Source of the DNA: Felis catus
Lineage: Eukaryota
Assembly (NCBI RefSeq): GCF_018350175.1
Contig: NC_058368.1
Span: 117,740,001-117,804,000 of the forward strand
Direction: 5' to 3'
Length of the DNA stretch: 64,000 nt
Shown here: positions 37,350 to 51,317 of the stretch, piece after piece
How the letters are laid out: every line of letters starts with the position of its first letter
How positions within the stretch are numbered: the first letter of the stretch is position 1
Program-made: the position numbers and the translations under genes
The notes under the pieces: model-generated
Told to the model about the DNA's origin: nothing
Databases searched by the model: none
Seen by the model: the letters and a program-made list of their open reading frames with translations, nothing else

Positions 37350-40300
37350 GTGAGCGGCGCCGAATCCCTCCCCGGACCCCGGACCCAGGGCCCTGCCCGC
37401 CGGCCGCTTCAGGCCTCTCCGGCCCAGCCTGTGGCCGACGCGACGCCGCGGCTTGACAGGCCGCGCCGGGCCTGGGCGGGCCGGGCGCGCCCCGGGCTCG
37501 GATTCGAGGCTCTGGCCCATCCCTCGGCGACCTGGGGCGGCACTCGGGCTGTGGAAAACCTCTGCCCCGCAGCGTTTTCCGCAGTTTCCGCAGCGGTCGG
37601 GTCCCCGAGGACCCCGAGGGTCGGAGCCCGAGACCCTCGGGAGGCATCGGCCCGGGGGCATTCAGTGTGCCTTTTTCCACCTTTGGTTTGATGTCACTGG
37701 AAAGAAAAGAAAAGGAAAAAAAAAAAAAAAAAAAAGCACGCCTGAGATGGAAAAGGAAACTAGGTGGAGAGAAAAGATTAAAATCGCTGCTACTGCGGCC
37801 GATAGCTCCCCGCAGCGAGATGCGATTGCTCAGGGTTTCAGAGCCTAGTCTGTTTGTGGAAACCCATCCCCCTCGTCTCTGTTTTAAGACAAAAGTCAAA
37901 AATGAGACGAGAGGCAAGTCCACAGTTTGCAGTAGATTTGGAAAAAGGCGATGTTTTTTTAGCTGGGGCCAGCCCCAAAATGTCGAGCTTCGTTGAATGC
38001 TGCAGGGCGTGTGCCTGGGTGTGTGTTTTAAAAGCTTGGAAATGACGTTTAAAGAGATTTAATAGCATGGCTGGGGAGGAAATGTATAGGGGATGATTGG
38101 AGTATTATCTGGGTCATAATTTATAAATTGAGGCCCTGGGGAAAAGAGCTGCTTGTTTTACTCGCCTGTGTATGTAGCTGGGTTCCCCTCGGAAATTCAC
38201 AGTCTGCAGGGTTTTTAGTGGTATTTGACCTAATACTTCGTAGTTGTGGAAATTAAGCCGGGTAGTAACTGGTGTTGATTGGAACCTCAGATAACTGCTT
38301 GCATCTTGTCCTTTCAGATGTTTTTGGTGTAATTTGCATACAGATGTCAGTCGTGCTTTTATGAAATTAAGTGTCCTATCATTGATGATCTACAGTTTTG
38401 TATTTTAGAAATAAGGAGAACCGGTATGATTAAAACATCTAGATTAACCCAGTGCGGCCAGTTACCAGTTTGTTTTGCTGTCATCAGCCCTGTGTTGTAA
38501 TTTCCTCCCTCCTCCAGCCGGACTCCTGAAATGACTGGTTAAGAATTTAGCTTCTTGGTTTCATAAACACGCCCAAACTGGCAGTGCAGTCTGGTCCTTA
38601 CATCTCTCACTGTCTGGGGTCTGGTACATGCTTTTTTGTATGACCTTGGGCATGGCAGGGTTCCTCCCTGTTTAATCAAATACAAGTGACAGTTGTCACT
38701 TAACTGTCACCACAGTGTTCAAAAAGCTCATGTACCCCACAGTGTGTTCTAATTCTTTTCATCCTGCCTTGGGTAAGGCAAACAAGCAAAAAGCTGTGGC
38801 TTTTCTTTGTACTGCCATCTTCTTGAGCTATTAGGTAATGCTGACATATTGCTGGAATACAAAAATTTTGCTGCTGGAGTATTAAAACTATGTATATATT
38901 TCTTGGTGTAGTACTTAATAGCTTTAAGTAGGCAGAATTGAAGTATGCCAGGGACAGGCTGTCCTTATTTTATTTTTTAAAAATCATTATTTTGGAGAAA
39001 TAACTTCCAAAAACAGCATGGAAAAAGAAATAATCTTCCTAGAAAAATTGCAAAATATGAAAGTCAGCCTCGTCTAAGAAACCCCACAATGAAACCTATC
39101 CCCCATGGGTAACCAGAGTTAGTATTTTGATGTGTATCTTTGTGGACTTATAGGTATGTAAATATACACAAATATAAATCAGTATGCATTTGTACAGATA
39201 AGGAAAGCTAATATTGATTGAACATTTACTTTGTGGCAATCACAGGACTAAGTGCTTTACATCCATTATTTCACTAATCCTCATAAAACCCCCATGAGGC
39301 AGTGTTTGGTATGATTGTATAGATGACAAAGTCAAGACTCCAAGAGGCTACTTAACTTGCTCAAGGTCACAGCTTCTAAGTAGTGATTACAAGGATAAAT
39401 ACACACTCACCTGCTTAAAACACAGGCTCACGTTCCAAATATAGGCATGTGCATTAGCAGATATATATGTGCCTATGTATTTTCTTATGTACCCATACGT
39501 GTATATACAGAGGTACATCTTTGCACACATGTACTGTTCTATGGGCCCCTGATTATACTTACACACATTTTGTGCATAGGTGCACATGTGTATGTTTACA
39601 TACCGACTGTGCCCTGTGTATCTTGTTCTGAGACACAAGTGCATTCACAGAGTTGCATATATGTGTCTATGTTCGCATTTATGTACAGAGGCACACAATA
39701 CAGGTAATATAAGGTGGGTATTTTAATGCCTGCAAAGCATGTAATTATGGCTGTGCTATAGTTCAAGTCAGTTGCCTGTTGGTCACTAAGTATGTTCATA
39801 ATTTTTTTCATTCACTGAAGTTTCTTTTATATACATCATCTGTTTTCCTTAGTATAAATTTTATTTGTGTTTTAATTTTTTTCTTAGTATAAGTTTTTAG
39901 AGGTGGAAATGCTTCGTCAGAGAATATACATATTTAAAAGGGTTTTGCATTATAGAATGTTGGTGAATTGTCCAGGCAACTTGATAGGAGCATGATACTC
40001 TGGTTGTCACAAAAGGCCGTTCTGACTTCTACTTGATCTGGTTAATCAAATTGAGCTGGTCCTCTAGTAAAGTAAATGCAGTTGAAGACTGTAAAATTCA
40101 TTACTAAATACAAACACAGTTTTGCCTTTATGGTCTTTTTATCAGTAGGACACCATATGCATAACTTGAACTTAGCATCACGATGCACAGAAAGTCTGAG
40201 CTCATAGTTTCCCTGTGACTTTATTTTTTTTTTCCCCTTTTTGCGTTTTGAAACAGATTGTATATCCAAACATTCAGAAGCACTGTTTCAGAGGGTCTAG

Positions 40301-40889
40301 GTAAGCCTGAGAAACTTGTTATGTGTTGCTCTCTCTGCAGACTTTTATTCCTGTTCATCCATTCTAAGACCTCTTGGCCTCACTAGAATGGATCTTTGCC
40401 TGTATCATGAATTTTGCCAGATACTTTCCTAAATGTTTTGAGATCTTTGAATTTGAATCTAATCTCAGGGCGCAACAATGACACTGCCATATAGGCCTAA
40501 AAATAGACTGTAGAATGTTTAGCTTTCGACTTCACTCATTGCCTGCTGAAGAAGTTGACTGCTTATAAGCATCACTAATAAGTTTGTATCGTCTGATGAC
40601 ACTGTAGAGCAGCTTTGGGAATGATACCTTTTTGGATAAATTCTTTCAGGATTGCGGAGGAAGGTTTTGAAAGATCACAGAAAGAATTTCATCTCTTCCA
40701 AGCCAAACCATATTTATGCTAAAGTGTTAGATGAAGTCACGATCCTGGAGGAAGGGTGAAAAGTGCCCATGTGGTTTTATTTTTTTATTTTCAAAAGTCA
40801 CAATTATATCTTGGAATGCCTGTTAGGATGTTATGTCCAGATTTTAAGGTTATTTTGCTGTCTTGGTGTCCTATATGGCCAATGATCAA

Positions 40890-41230
40890 AGAAAACTTTT
40901 CCAAAACTTTTGAGAAGATGGGTAGAGTTGTTTCCACAGTACCTACACCATTTTACATTCCCACCAGCAGTGTGTGAGAGTTCCAATGATTTTTTTGGGG
41001 GGTGGCACAGTGTTCCAATTTTTAACATCTTCCTCAATACTTGTTATTTTATTTTTTTGATAAAACTATCTTAATGGGCATAAAGTTTTATTTTTTGATT
41101 TACATTTCCCTAATGATTAGTGATATTGAGGATTTTGTGCTTATTGGCCATTTGTATGCCTTTGGAGAAATGTATATTCCATTTTTGAATTGGGTTGTTT
41201 GCTTTTTGTTGAGTTGTAGGAGTAGAGTCA
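40890..41230 (-). mobile_element. L1 3' fragment
   Basis: ccattttacattcccaccagcagtgtgtgagagttcca; catttccctaatgattagtgatattgag. Confidence 0.85.
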
Positions 41231-42497
41231 TTTTTTAATAATATTTACATTTTCAACTTTTTACCATGAAAATTCCAAACATACTAAAATATGGTGTAAT
41301 AAATCTAATGTACTCATCACTCCGCTTCAGCATTGATCAGCAAATGGGTAATATTGTTTCATTTATACTCCCCACCATTATTTTGAAGCAAATCCTAGAA
41401 TGGATGTCATTACATCCATAAATTTTTTTTTGTAACCCTAAAAGATGTAAGCAGATAGTATCCCATGAGAAATATATCATGAGGGCACTTTTGCAATTTA
41501 TTATGAATATGGAAACAGGATTTGTGAGTGTCAGGAGCTGTAGATTACAACTGTGATTGGTATTTGATTCCCTCTTGGTAAGCAGTGAGTGTTTTTTGTG
41601 TAGCAGCGATGATTCTTGCTGATCCATTGTTATTTTCTTGTCTGGTCCTACTGGTGACCACTTCTTAGGGGAGATTTAACCAAGGCAGGTTTAACCAGAT
41701 TTAACCAGATTTAACCAAGGCAGAACTCCTTGGTTTGGGTAGGGACTAAGGCCCAATTGAGGAAATCCTGGCATCATCTCAGCTGATGCCACCGGCTGGT
41801 TTGCCTGAACATAACTTCACATTACTTTATGCTAGACACCCATGTATCATGTTACCTGACATAACATTGTATTATGAAATAAATCCTATGAGAGTGACTT
41901 TGTATTCTTACTAATTAAAAAAAAAAAAAAAAAAAGAAGGCCTGAAGAGGTTCAGGTGCCATCTTCTGATTTATTTGTTCTTAGGGCTTTAAAATAATTG
42001 CTTTGGTTTCTTAATAATTTATTCTTACATTGTCTTTGAACAAGTACAACTGTTTAGTGGAACCATATACTTGTAGTAGTCGATGGTGCCTGTTTAGATA
42101 AAGCAGCTTCTAACACTTTAATTAGAGATTGATGTTGATAACCAGGCTGATGATCTTATCTTTATTCTCAGATCATTTTTGCCACTATAGGCAATTGCTA
42201 AATATCACGTATTAAATTTGTTGAGATTTACATACTCCAGTTGCTACTGTTTCTAGTAGCTATCTAGATAGAAATGCAGTTATGGGTTGTTGCCTTCATC
42301 AAGTGTAGTAATAAAGTGAGTGTTATTAGACATCATGTAGCACATCCTGCTATGAAAATTAGGATGACTCATTTTTTTTTTGAATAACACAATTTACATT
42401 AAAAGTTATAAGTACTGGGTCTAAATACTGATCAATTTCAGAATGTTTCAGGTGAAATATTTTCTTAGTGATTAAAGCAATTTCTTTCACATGTGTA

Positions 42498-42498
42498 A

Positions 42499-42531
<33 letters not shown>

Positions 42532-42556
42532 TATATATATGTTTTGTGTGTGTGTA
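42498..42556. repeat. (TA)n/(CA)n/(TG)n compound microsatellite
   Basis: Seen directly. Confidence 0.9.
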
Positions 42557-42791
42557 GATGTATTTTTTTATCCCCCTTAGCAATATGGACAGTTTTTCTT
42601 TTAAATTCATATATTATACTAATATCAGTTACTAGTTAATGAGCTGCTTGAATAGGATTTGGAGGTTTTTCTGGAAATTGGATGGTTTATGAACAGAAAT
42701 ATAAGAGCTTAGGGAATGGCTTCTGTTTAATAACACTTTGATTTTATTTATTATTCCGTGCTTAAGTGTGTCATTTAAAATTAAACTTGTT

Positions 42792-43515
42792 GGGGTGTCT
42801 GGGTGGCTCAGTCAGTTAAGTGTCTGACTTCAGCTCAGGTCATGATCTCATGGCTGATGATCTCAAGCCCTGCATCGGATTCTGTGCTAACAGGTCAGAG
42901 CCTGGAGCCTGCTTCAGATTCTGTGTCTCCCTGTCTCTCTGCCCCTCCCTTGCTCATGCTGTCTCTTTCTCTCAAAAATAAGCATTAAAGAAAAAAAAAA
43001 TTAAACATTTGTTGTTATACAATGGTACACAGATACTCTTTGTATACTAGAGCCAGACAGAACACTTGTAAAGGAAAGCTTGATTTCCCTCCCAATCTCT
43101 TCTCAGAGGTGTAACCGCCCCTCAAGTTTGTTTGCATTCTTCAGGCTTTACAGATTTTTTTCCCCAGGGCACCTGGGTGGCTCGGTTGGTTAAGTGTCCA
43201 ACTTTAGCTTAGGTCGAGATCTTACACTTTGTGGGTTTGAGCCCTGCATTGGGCTCTGCACAAACAGCTCAGAGCCTGGAGCCTGCTTGGGATTCTGTGT
43301 CTCCTTCTCTCTCCCTGTCCCTCTCGTGCTTGTGTGTGCTCTCTTTCTCAAAAATAAATAAATATTAAAAAAAATTTTTTTCCCTTTCCCTTTTTTTATT
43401 ATTTTTTAAAGTAGGCTCCATGTGAAACGTGGGGCTTGAACTCACGACCCTGAGATGAAGACCTGAGCTGAAATCAAGAGTCAGACACTTAACTGACTGA
43501 ACCACCCAGATGCCC
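42792..43515. mobile_element. SINE cluster: + 42792-43000, + 43166-43372, - ~43395-43515
   Basis: Recognisable heads and tails. Confidence 0.9.
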
Positions 43516-43554
43516 CTTCCCTTTACTTTTTAAAATAAGTCTTTAAAACATTTT

Positions 43555-45435
43555 TTAAATAAACTTTAATTTTTGAAACATTTTTAGATTTTTCAAAAAC
43601 ATTGAGAAGATAACAGTTTTCATGTACCCCAGAACCAGTTTTCCCTATTAACATTTATTAGCATAGTATGTTTATGACATTAACGAGCCAATACGGAAAC
43701 ATTATTATTAATTAAAATCCATTCTTTATTCAGATTTTCATTTTTTAATCTTTTTATGTTCCACAGTACCATACAGGTTACCACTTTACATTTGGTCGTC
43801 ATGTTACCTAAGGATCCTCTTGGTTGTGATGGTTTCTCAAATTTGCCTTGTTTTTGATGACCTTGACAGTTTTGAGGAGTTTGAATCAGGTGTTTGTAGA
43901 CTGTCCCTCAAATGATTTTTTTTTTTTTTGCAGTTTTATTGATAAATAATTGACATACATCACTGTATAAGATTAAGGTGTACAGCACGGTGGTTTTATT
44001 TATATACATTTTGAAGCAGTTACAATAGGTTTACCTAACGTCCATCTGCTTATGTAGTCAATTGCATTTGTCTAAATCTTTTTCCATGATTAAATTGGGG
44101 TTGTGGGTTTTGGTGAGGAAGACCACAGATGTAAAGTGCCATTTCCATCATATCATATCAAGAATGCATACAACCAACATAACATTGTCGATGTTGACCT
44201 TGATCACCTGGCTGACGTGTTGTTTGTCAGATTTCTCTACTGTAAAATTACTCCCCCACTCCCTGCCTTTCATGCTGTGCTCTTTGTAAGGAAGTCGCAG
44301 TCTATGTACCATATGCACTTAAGGATTGAAGAGTTATGCTCCACCTTGTGGAGGGCAGAGTATTTGCATAAATTATTCATAATTTTTCTGCGTGCAACAT
44401 TTATCTCTTTGTATCTATTTATTCATTGATATCAGTGTGGACTCGTTTATTTTATTCTTTGAGTTATAATCCAGTACTATTTTATGCCTCAAATTGTTGC
44501 ACTTTTGGCCATTGGAACTCTTTCAGTTGGCACTTGTGTCCCTCTGACCTGGCTCCATCTTTTGGTTTTTTTAAGCACTTCCTTGCATTTGGCACCAGGA
44601 TCATCATGTGTATTTCCTGTGCCACCCTAGAATCAGCCATTTCTCCAGGGAGCCCTGGCTCCTTTAATTGGAGAATGGTGTTAGAAACCAAGATCTGTGC
44701 TCATTGCTACTAGGCCCTTTCGGTTGACAGAGGAGAGAAATATATGTGTGTATACCTATCTGTATGCATTTCTATATGTAATCACCTGTATCTATGTTAA
44801 GCTAACCAAGTCTAACCCATTACTATGTGGATCACTCTAGCCTCCTGCCCTGGCCCCTCTGTAAATTCCCATTCAGTAGTGAGAAACCTTGCTCCCACTA
44901 CCCACCATCCATTTACTTAATTCTTTAATTCTAACATACGTGTGGAGTGGTGTCACAAATGTTAACCTATTCCTCTGTGGGAAACAGCTTTCTCAACTAG
45001 AGGACAGGGCTAATGTACAGTTTCTTTGCTTTTAGGTTTTCGGTTGACAGAGGAGAGAAATATATGTGTGTATACCTATCTGTATGCATTTCTATATGTA
45101 ATCACCTGTATCTATGTTAAGCTAACCAAGTCTAACCCATTACTATGTGGATCACTCTAGCCTCCTGCCCTGGCCCCTCTGTAAATTCCCATTCAGTAGT
45201 GAGAAACCTTGCTCCCACTACCCACCATCCATTTACTTAATTCTTTAATTCTAACATACGTGTGGAGTGGTGTCACAAATGTTAACCTATTCCTCTGTGG
45301 GAAACAGCTTTCTCAACTAGAGGACAGGGCTAATGTACAGTTTCTTTGCTTTTAGGTTTTCAGACTACTCATTTCCAAAGTTGCTTAGGTCGTACCTTTC
45401 CCCTCATCTTTAGTGGGGTTGTTTCATACATTTAT
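43555..45435 (-). mobile_element. Old L1 3' UTR (L1MC/MD-like) containing the 320-bp duplication
   Basis: tttttgatgaccttgacagttttgaggagt; tagaatcagccatttctccagggagccctggctccttt...ttagaaaccaagatctg. Confidence 0.8.
44718..45361. repeat. Perfect 2 x 320-bp tandem duplication
   Basis: 44721-45040 and 45041-45360 are identical by direct comparison; TTTC microhomology at 44718, 45038 and 45358. Confidence 0.97.
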
Positions 45436-45534
45436 AATTGTTAAGAAAAATGATAGGAGGGATTTCTTTTTTTCCCAAATTTTTGTTAATAATCATGTGC
45501 TTTTTATATTAAATTTTTTATAAGATTTGTTTTT

Positions 45535-47987
45535 GTTTTTTATTTTTTGTAATGTTTACCCATTTTTTTTTGAGAGAGAGAGAGACAGAGCACAGGCAGG
45601 GGAGGGGCAGAGAAAGAGGGAGACACAGAATCCAAAGCAGGCTCCAGGCTCTGAGCTGTCAGCACAGAGCGCAACACGGGGCTAGAACTCATGAAGCATG
45701 AGATCATGACCTAGGCCAAAGTTGGCCACTTAACAGACTGAGCCACCCAGGCACCCCAGTTTTATTTGTTTTTTTAAAGGTTTTCTTTTTAAGGACTCTC
45801 TCCACCAACGTGGAGCTCGAACTCATAAGCCCGAGATCAAGAGTCACATGCTCCACCGATTGAGCCAGGCGGTGCCCCAGTCATGTTTTGCTTGTAAAAA
45901 AATTGCTTTACAAACTAATTTGGAAATAGTTTCAACTTACAAGTTGCAAGAATAGTATAAAATAAATCCGTATATTTATTACTCACATTCATCTTAAGCA
46001 TTAAGGTCTGGTTAACAATGAATACAGTGCTGTAAAAACTGAAAGCACTGTAGGTAAAACCCAAGTCCCTTTAACCTCTACGGTCTTTTTTCTATAGAAT
46101 TCTCTGCTTATTTTGCTATTTTCTTTGTTACTAAATTGTTCTTAATTTATTTTGCCCTTGTTAAATTTAGATGAAATTTTGTGAACTAGGGAATCGGGAA
46201 TACAGTGTTAGTATTTTGAAGCTTTCATTTTAGGAGCTTTATGTTGTAGCATCCAAACTCTTCACATACCTCTGCGTTAATAAGCAGGTTTGGTGTTGTT
46301 GTTTTTCAGTAATCTTTACATCCAACATAGGGCTCGAACTCATGATCCTCAAGTCAAGAGCTCTACCAACTCAGCCAGCCAGGCACTCCAATAAGCAGTT
46401 TTTGAAGCTGGTCATGTAGACTTTATATCTGGAGGGTTCACTTTGGGCACTAAGTAGAGACTGGGTTAGGAGAACATAAAAGAACTTTATTAAAACATCT
46501 AATCAGTAATACTCCAGCTTCTATCATGAAGTAAGAGGTTGTGTGACTGTGGGTGAGAATTTTAACCTCTTATTCTGGCCTTATTTTGTATTGTGTAAAA
46601 TGAAGTAGTTGGACTATTATTATCACTTTGATTCCTTCCAGCTTTATAATTGATTGCTTTTGCATATAGGAGCTGGTGGCTTTGATCCAAAGAGACAGCA
46701 TTCTACTGATGATTTAGCAAACGTCTTTTGTAATAATTATTAAAATTTTTTTAAATGTTTATTTATTTATTTTTGAGAGAGAGAGAGAGGGGGATGGAGG
46801 ATCTGAAGCAGGCTCTGCACTGAGAGCAGAGAGCCCAATGTGGGGCTCGAACCCACGAAACGTGAGATCACGAGCTGAGCCAAAGTTGGACGCTTAACCG
46901 ACCACGCCACCCAGGCGCCTCATGAATAAGTATTTTTAAAAGTGATGTCAGTAAATATAGATGGTGAGTTTATGCTAAAAGATAAAAGAAATTATACATT
47001 GTTTAAAAATATAGAAAATGTTATCTTAATAGTATATTTTAGAAACAGATGGGTCATTGAGTATAGAATACCATTTTGTAATTTTACAGTACTAGTCAAA
47101 GCATTCTGTTTGTAAATCTTTCCCTTCTGGTCAGCTTCAAATATTGTATGTTCCAGAAAATAATTAATAATGCTTTTAGAAATCGTAACTAAAATTTTTT
47201 CAAATAAACTTTGTTTTTTAGAGCAATTTTAAGTTCACAGTAAAATCATCACTTGCTGTCACACAATTTTATTCCTTTGTGATAGAAGCTGGACTATTAC
47301 TGATTAGATGGTTTTATTTTAAAGCTTTTATTTTATTTATTAAAACAATTTTTTAATGTTTATTTTTGAGAGAGAGAGAGAGGGAGGGAGAGAGAGAGAG
47401 AGAAGCGCAGAGAGAGAGGGAGACACAGAATCTGAAGCATACTCCAGGCTTTGAATTGTCAGCACAGAGCCCGCCATGGTGCCTGAACCCATCAATGGCA
47501 AGATCATGACCTGAGCCAAAGTCGGATGCTTAACTGACTGAGCCCCTCAGGGGCCCCTAAAGATTTTATTTTTAAGTAATCTCTGTACCTGATGTGGGAC
47601 ATGACCTCATAACCCTGAGATCCCGGGTCATGTGCTCCACCAACTAAGCCAGCCAGGCACCCCTGATGAGATGTTTTAATAAAGTCTTTGTAAAAGTGAA
47701 AAGCTACTAATTTTAAAAGTTCTAGAGCTTTTTTTTTTTTTAAAGAAGTTGGCTCTTTGAGTTATAGTATTCTTTTTTTTTTAACTTATTTTAATATTTA
47801 TTTATTTTTGAGAAAGATAGAGTGCACAAGGAGGGGAGGGCAAGAGAGAGGGAGACACGGAATCCAAAACAGGCTCCAGCTCTGAGCTGTCAGCCAAGAG
47901 TCCAACGCGGAGCTTGAACTCACAAACTGTGAGATCATGACCTGAGCTGAAGTCAGACACTTAACCGTCTGAGCCACCCAGGTGCCC
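45535..47987 (-). mobile_element. Run of antisense SINEs (45535-45757, 45780-45878, 46305-46388, 46745-46920, 47350-47556, 47560-47663, 47775-47987)
   Basis: Reverse SINE bodies; the last has TSD tgagttatagtattctt. Confidence 0.9.
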
Positions 47988-49784
47988 TGAGTTATAGTAT
48001 TCTTATTCACTGCATTTAGTAGTAGCATTTTCAGAAATTTTGAAATTGTCATGTTACTCTTGAAATAGGATAAAAAGAATGATTTGGGGGTAATCTGTAG
48101 CCTTGAGGATCTTACACGTGATTGATGGTTGATACTAGGTTGTTTTCAGCAGTTTTGTCCTTCTGTGACTGAATTGTCGCAGATAGAGTATTTTAAGGTG
48201 TGGTTAAAATCAGTTCTACTCAGTCATGTATGTAGCAGCATTAATTGTCTTCAGCGTGTTGGCCAAGTTTTATTTCAGGTGGCTGAGTTAAGTGAGGCGA
48301 TCACAGTTACTTGATATTGTGAGTTTCACAGCCGTCTTGCCACCTTTCAGCTGTGACCAAAATGATCAGCTGAGTAGAAGGGGAGAAAGTTATGGGAGGT
48401 GTGAAAGGTAATCGTTGGCTTATTATGTTAGCATCTACTATTATTTGGAAGGTTAAAATATCTTCATGTGTCAGGTTTAATGTAATACAAATGCCATTTT
48501 AAGTTTGACTTCACATTTCAGTGAAAATATTTAAAGTAAGAATCTGTAATTGTGTTGAAAAGGATCTCCACAATTACCAGGCCATACCTTCTAACCCTGA
48601 TTTTGTATTTCTCTTAGCAGATTACTTTAATTATTATTTAATTGTCCCTGGTTAATGCTGTAGTTGCTTCGAGAAATGAACTTTTTTCCCTTTAAAAAAA
48701 TGTACACTGGGTTTCAGATACTATAGTGATATTATAAAAGGTTATTTAATGATGAAGAAAAATTCCACCATGCAGTGAATGAAAAGCTTATTCGATTATT
48801 TATATTCACCCAAATGGCTAGAAGGATATTTGAAAGATGGGATTATTGTGGTTTTTATTTTCTTCTCTATATATTTGCCTATTGAGTGACTAAAGAGAAC
48901 GTATTACGGTATTGGTGTAATACTAATTAATTCAGAGAATGAGATAGCAGATAAAAGACATCATTTTAAGGTGGAAGAGTAGTACCTAGTACCTGGTTCT
49001 AGGTAGGAAGCTTCTGAGAAGGTGAAACTTGAGCCTGGCCTTGAAGGATGAGTAAGATGTAGATGGGGGAGACAAGTATTTGGGGGAAGGATGGAGTCTC
49101 ATGACTTGTTTCCCATGGGGAACATGTTTCAGGTCTAGAGTGCATCACCCTCTGGTCTGGAGGCCTCCTCTTACCTAGCCCCCAGCTTAGTTTAGGTAGT
49201 CTGTCCAAAAGGGGGTTTGAGTACTCCCCCCAATAGGTTAGTTTCTCCTGAGCACAGTGAGAATCCCCTTTTGTGACACATTTTGTAATTATGTCTTATG
49301 TTTTAAACTTTTTTTTTTTTTAGTTTTTATATCAAAGTTATATATAGGCGTATAGGTTAGAGTAAAATAGATCTCATATGCTTATTACTAAAAACAGTAG
49401 TCTCCTGTTTAGTTGCCTATGTCTTAACTCTTTTAACTGTTTCTTTTGCTGTTTTGCTATTATCCTTGTAGCTACATAGCATTTTATAGTGTGCTACTTC
49501 TTGATTTTTCAGTTTTCAGTGTTTAAAAAAAATTTGACTTAACTGCAATGGGAGGTAAGGATTTATCTCTATTTTACCACCCTCCCACAGCTGCATGTAC
49601 TCCTGCTTCCTTTCTTCTCACTTTTCTGAGATAGTTGTGTCCATTATGTGGTTAGATCAATATTCAGCATTTACAGTAATTGAAAAAAATAAACACTGTT
49701 CAGGGCTGAAATATGTACTGTACTGTGGTTACTTGTCCTTGCCTGAATAGTACTTTATTTTCCCTGAAGTTAGTAATTATTTTG

Positions 49785-49940
49785 GGAGTGGGGGGATGGG
49801 TGAAATTGGTGATGGGGATTAAGGAGCATACTTGCTGGGATGAACACCCCAGGTCATGCATGGAAGTGCCGAATCACTACATTGTACCCCTGAAACTAAT
49901 ATAACACTGTATGTTAACTATACTAGAATTGAAATAAATT
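49785..49940 (+). mobile_element. Carnivore L1 3' terminal fragment
   Basis: ggtgatggggattaaggag...cctgaaactaatataacactgtatgttaactatact; closely similar to 450-590. Confidence 0.85.
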
Positions 49941-50079
49941 TTATAAAGTAATTACTTTTTTGTTTGCTCATTTTCTATGTACATATCAGAAATTGCTAAT
50001 AGCACTAATTAATCCTCAGACTTTGACCTAATATTCTCCATAGGTTTTTTTGTTTGTTTGTTTTTGTTTTTTGATATGT

Positions 50080-50337
50080 TCAAACATAACAGATGTTTTA
50101 TTGCTGTTGTTGAGGGTGGGAGGTATCTTTTCTGGCCATTTGACCCATTCTGGAAGGTTGCTCCCAAGGTCCGCTGTTTCCTTGTTATCCCGGGGGTTTC
50201 CTTTCCCAGGCTTTTTGATTGAAGCCCCTTTCCTTGATTCACTTCTTTCTTTCTCTCCATTTACTGCCTTATTTTCCTAGAACACAGCCTACAGTGTCTT
50301 TCTGAGGAAGAATGCATGGGAAGTTAAGCACCCCCTT

Positions 50338-50371
<34 letters not shown>

Positions 50372-50740
50372 ACACTTTGCACATCTAAGGCTGTTTTATG
50401 TTGTTGTCACACTTAGACTTCTGGTCCAGAAAGATTTTCCTTTAGAATTTTGAAGGCATTTACTCTAGTGCCTTCTAAGTTCTGTTGCCGTTAGGAAGCC
50501 TGAAGCCACTTTTGATGTCTGATTCTTCAGATGTTGCCTACTTTCTCCAGCTCTCTGTCTCTTTCACCCTGGAACCTTTTAAGAGCTTCTTTTTGTCCCC
50601 ACTGCTCTTAAATTCCACTGTGTTGTACCTTGAGATCTACTTTTGTCCACTGTACCAGGCATTCAGAAGGCCCTTTTGGTCTGGAAGCTCATGTTTATCA
50701 GTTCTGGTAAATTTAAACAAGTTTTTTAGATTCTAACTCA
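50080..50740 (-). mobile_element. Old L1/HAL1-like ORF1-region fragment containing a poly(T) run (50340-50370)
   Basis: ttttcctttagaattttgaaggcatt...ttctgttgccgttaggaagcctgaagcca; degenerate. Confidence 0.5.
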
Positions 50741-50769
50741 TTGCAGTATTTTTAGTATCTGTTTTTTAA

Positions 50770-51232
50770 AATGATGTTTATTTATTTTGAGGGAGAAAGA
50801 GAGTCCCAAGTAGGCTCTGCACTGTCGGTGCAGAGCCTAATGCGAGGCCCAAACTTAGAAAGAACCGTGAGATCGTGACCTGAGCCGAGATCAAGAGTCA
50901 GACGCTCAACTGACTGAGCCACCCAGGCACCTCAAAAAGCTCAGGATGTTTGATGGAGCTTCTTGTTGAATCTGACTAGACTGTTTCTTTGAGTGGATGT
51001 CTTTAGGTCTCTTCTTCTGGGCTGCTTAGTTTCCCCCAGAGAATAGGCCTGACTGCTAGTAAAAAGGGAACTGAGGGACACCTGGGTGGCTCAGTTGGTT
51101 AAGCTTCAGTCTTCAAGCTCGGGTCATGATCACAAGGTTCGTGTTGGGCTCTGTGCTGACAGCTCAGAGCCTGGAGCCTGCTTTGGATTCTGTGTCTCCC
51201 TCTCTCTCTGCCCCTGCCCTGCTCATGCTCGC

Positions 51233-51288
<56 letters not shown>

Positions 51289-51317
51289 AAAAATAAATAA
51301 ACATTAAAAAAAAAAAA
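50770..51317. mobile_element. Divergent SINE pair: - 50770-50932, + 51075-51317
   Basis: Recognisable bodies in opposite orientation. Confidence 0.9.

Larger units (their letters stand above)
36915..37660. promoter_or_regulatory. CpG island / TATA-less NDFIP1 promoter with GC boxes
   Basis: Abrupt very GC- and CpG-rich block spanning exon 1; GGGCGG motifs near 36962, 37000 and 37054-37064. Confidence 0.93.

Noticed and set aside
36900..37923. 263-aa (+) and 333-aa (-) ORFs over the CpG island
   Set aside because: Stop-poor GC-rich sequence giving low-complexity Arg/Pro/Gly/Ala peptides; only the 21 codons before the splice donor match a known protein
39440..39710. Overlapping ORFs in TA/CA/TG-rich sequence
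   Set aside because: Degenerate alternating purine-pyrimidine low-complexity DNA
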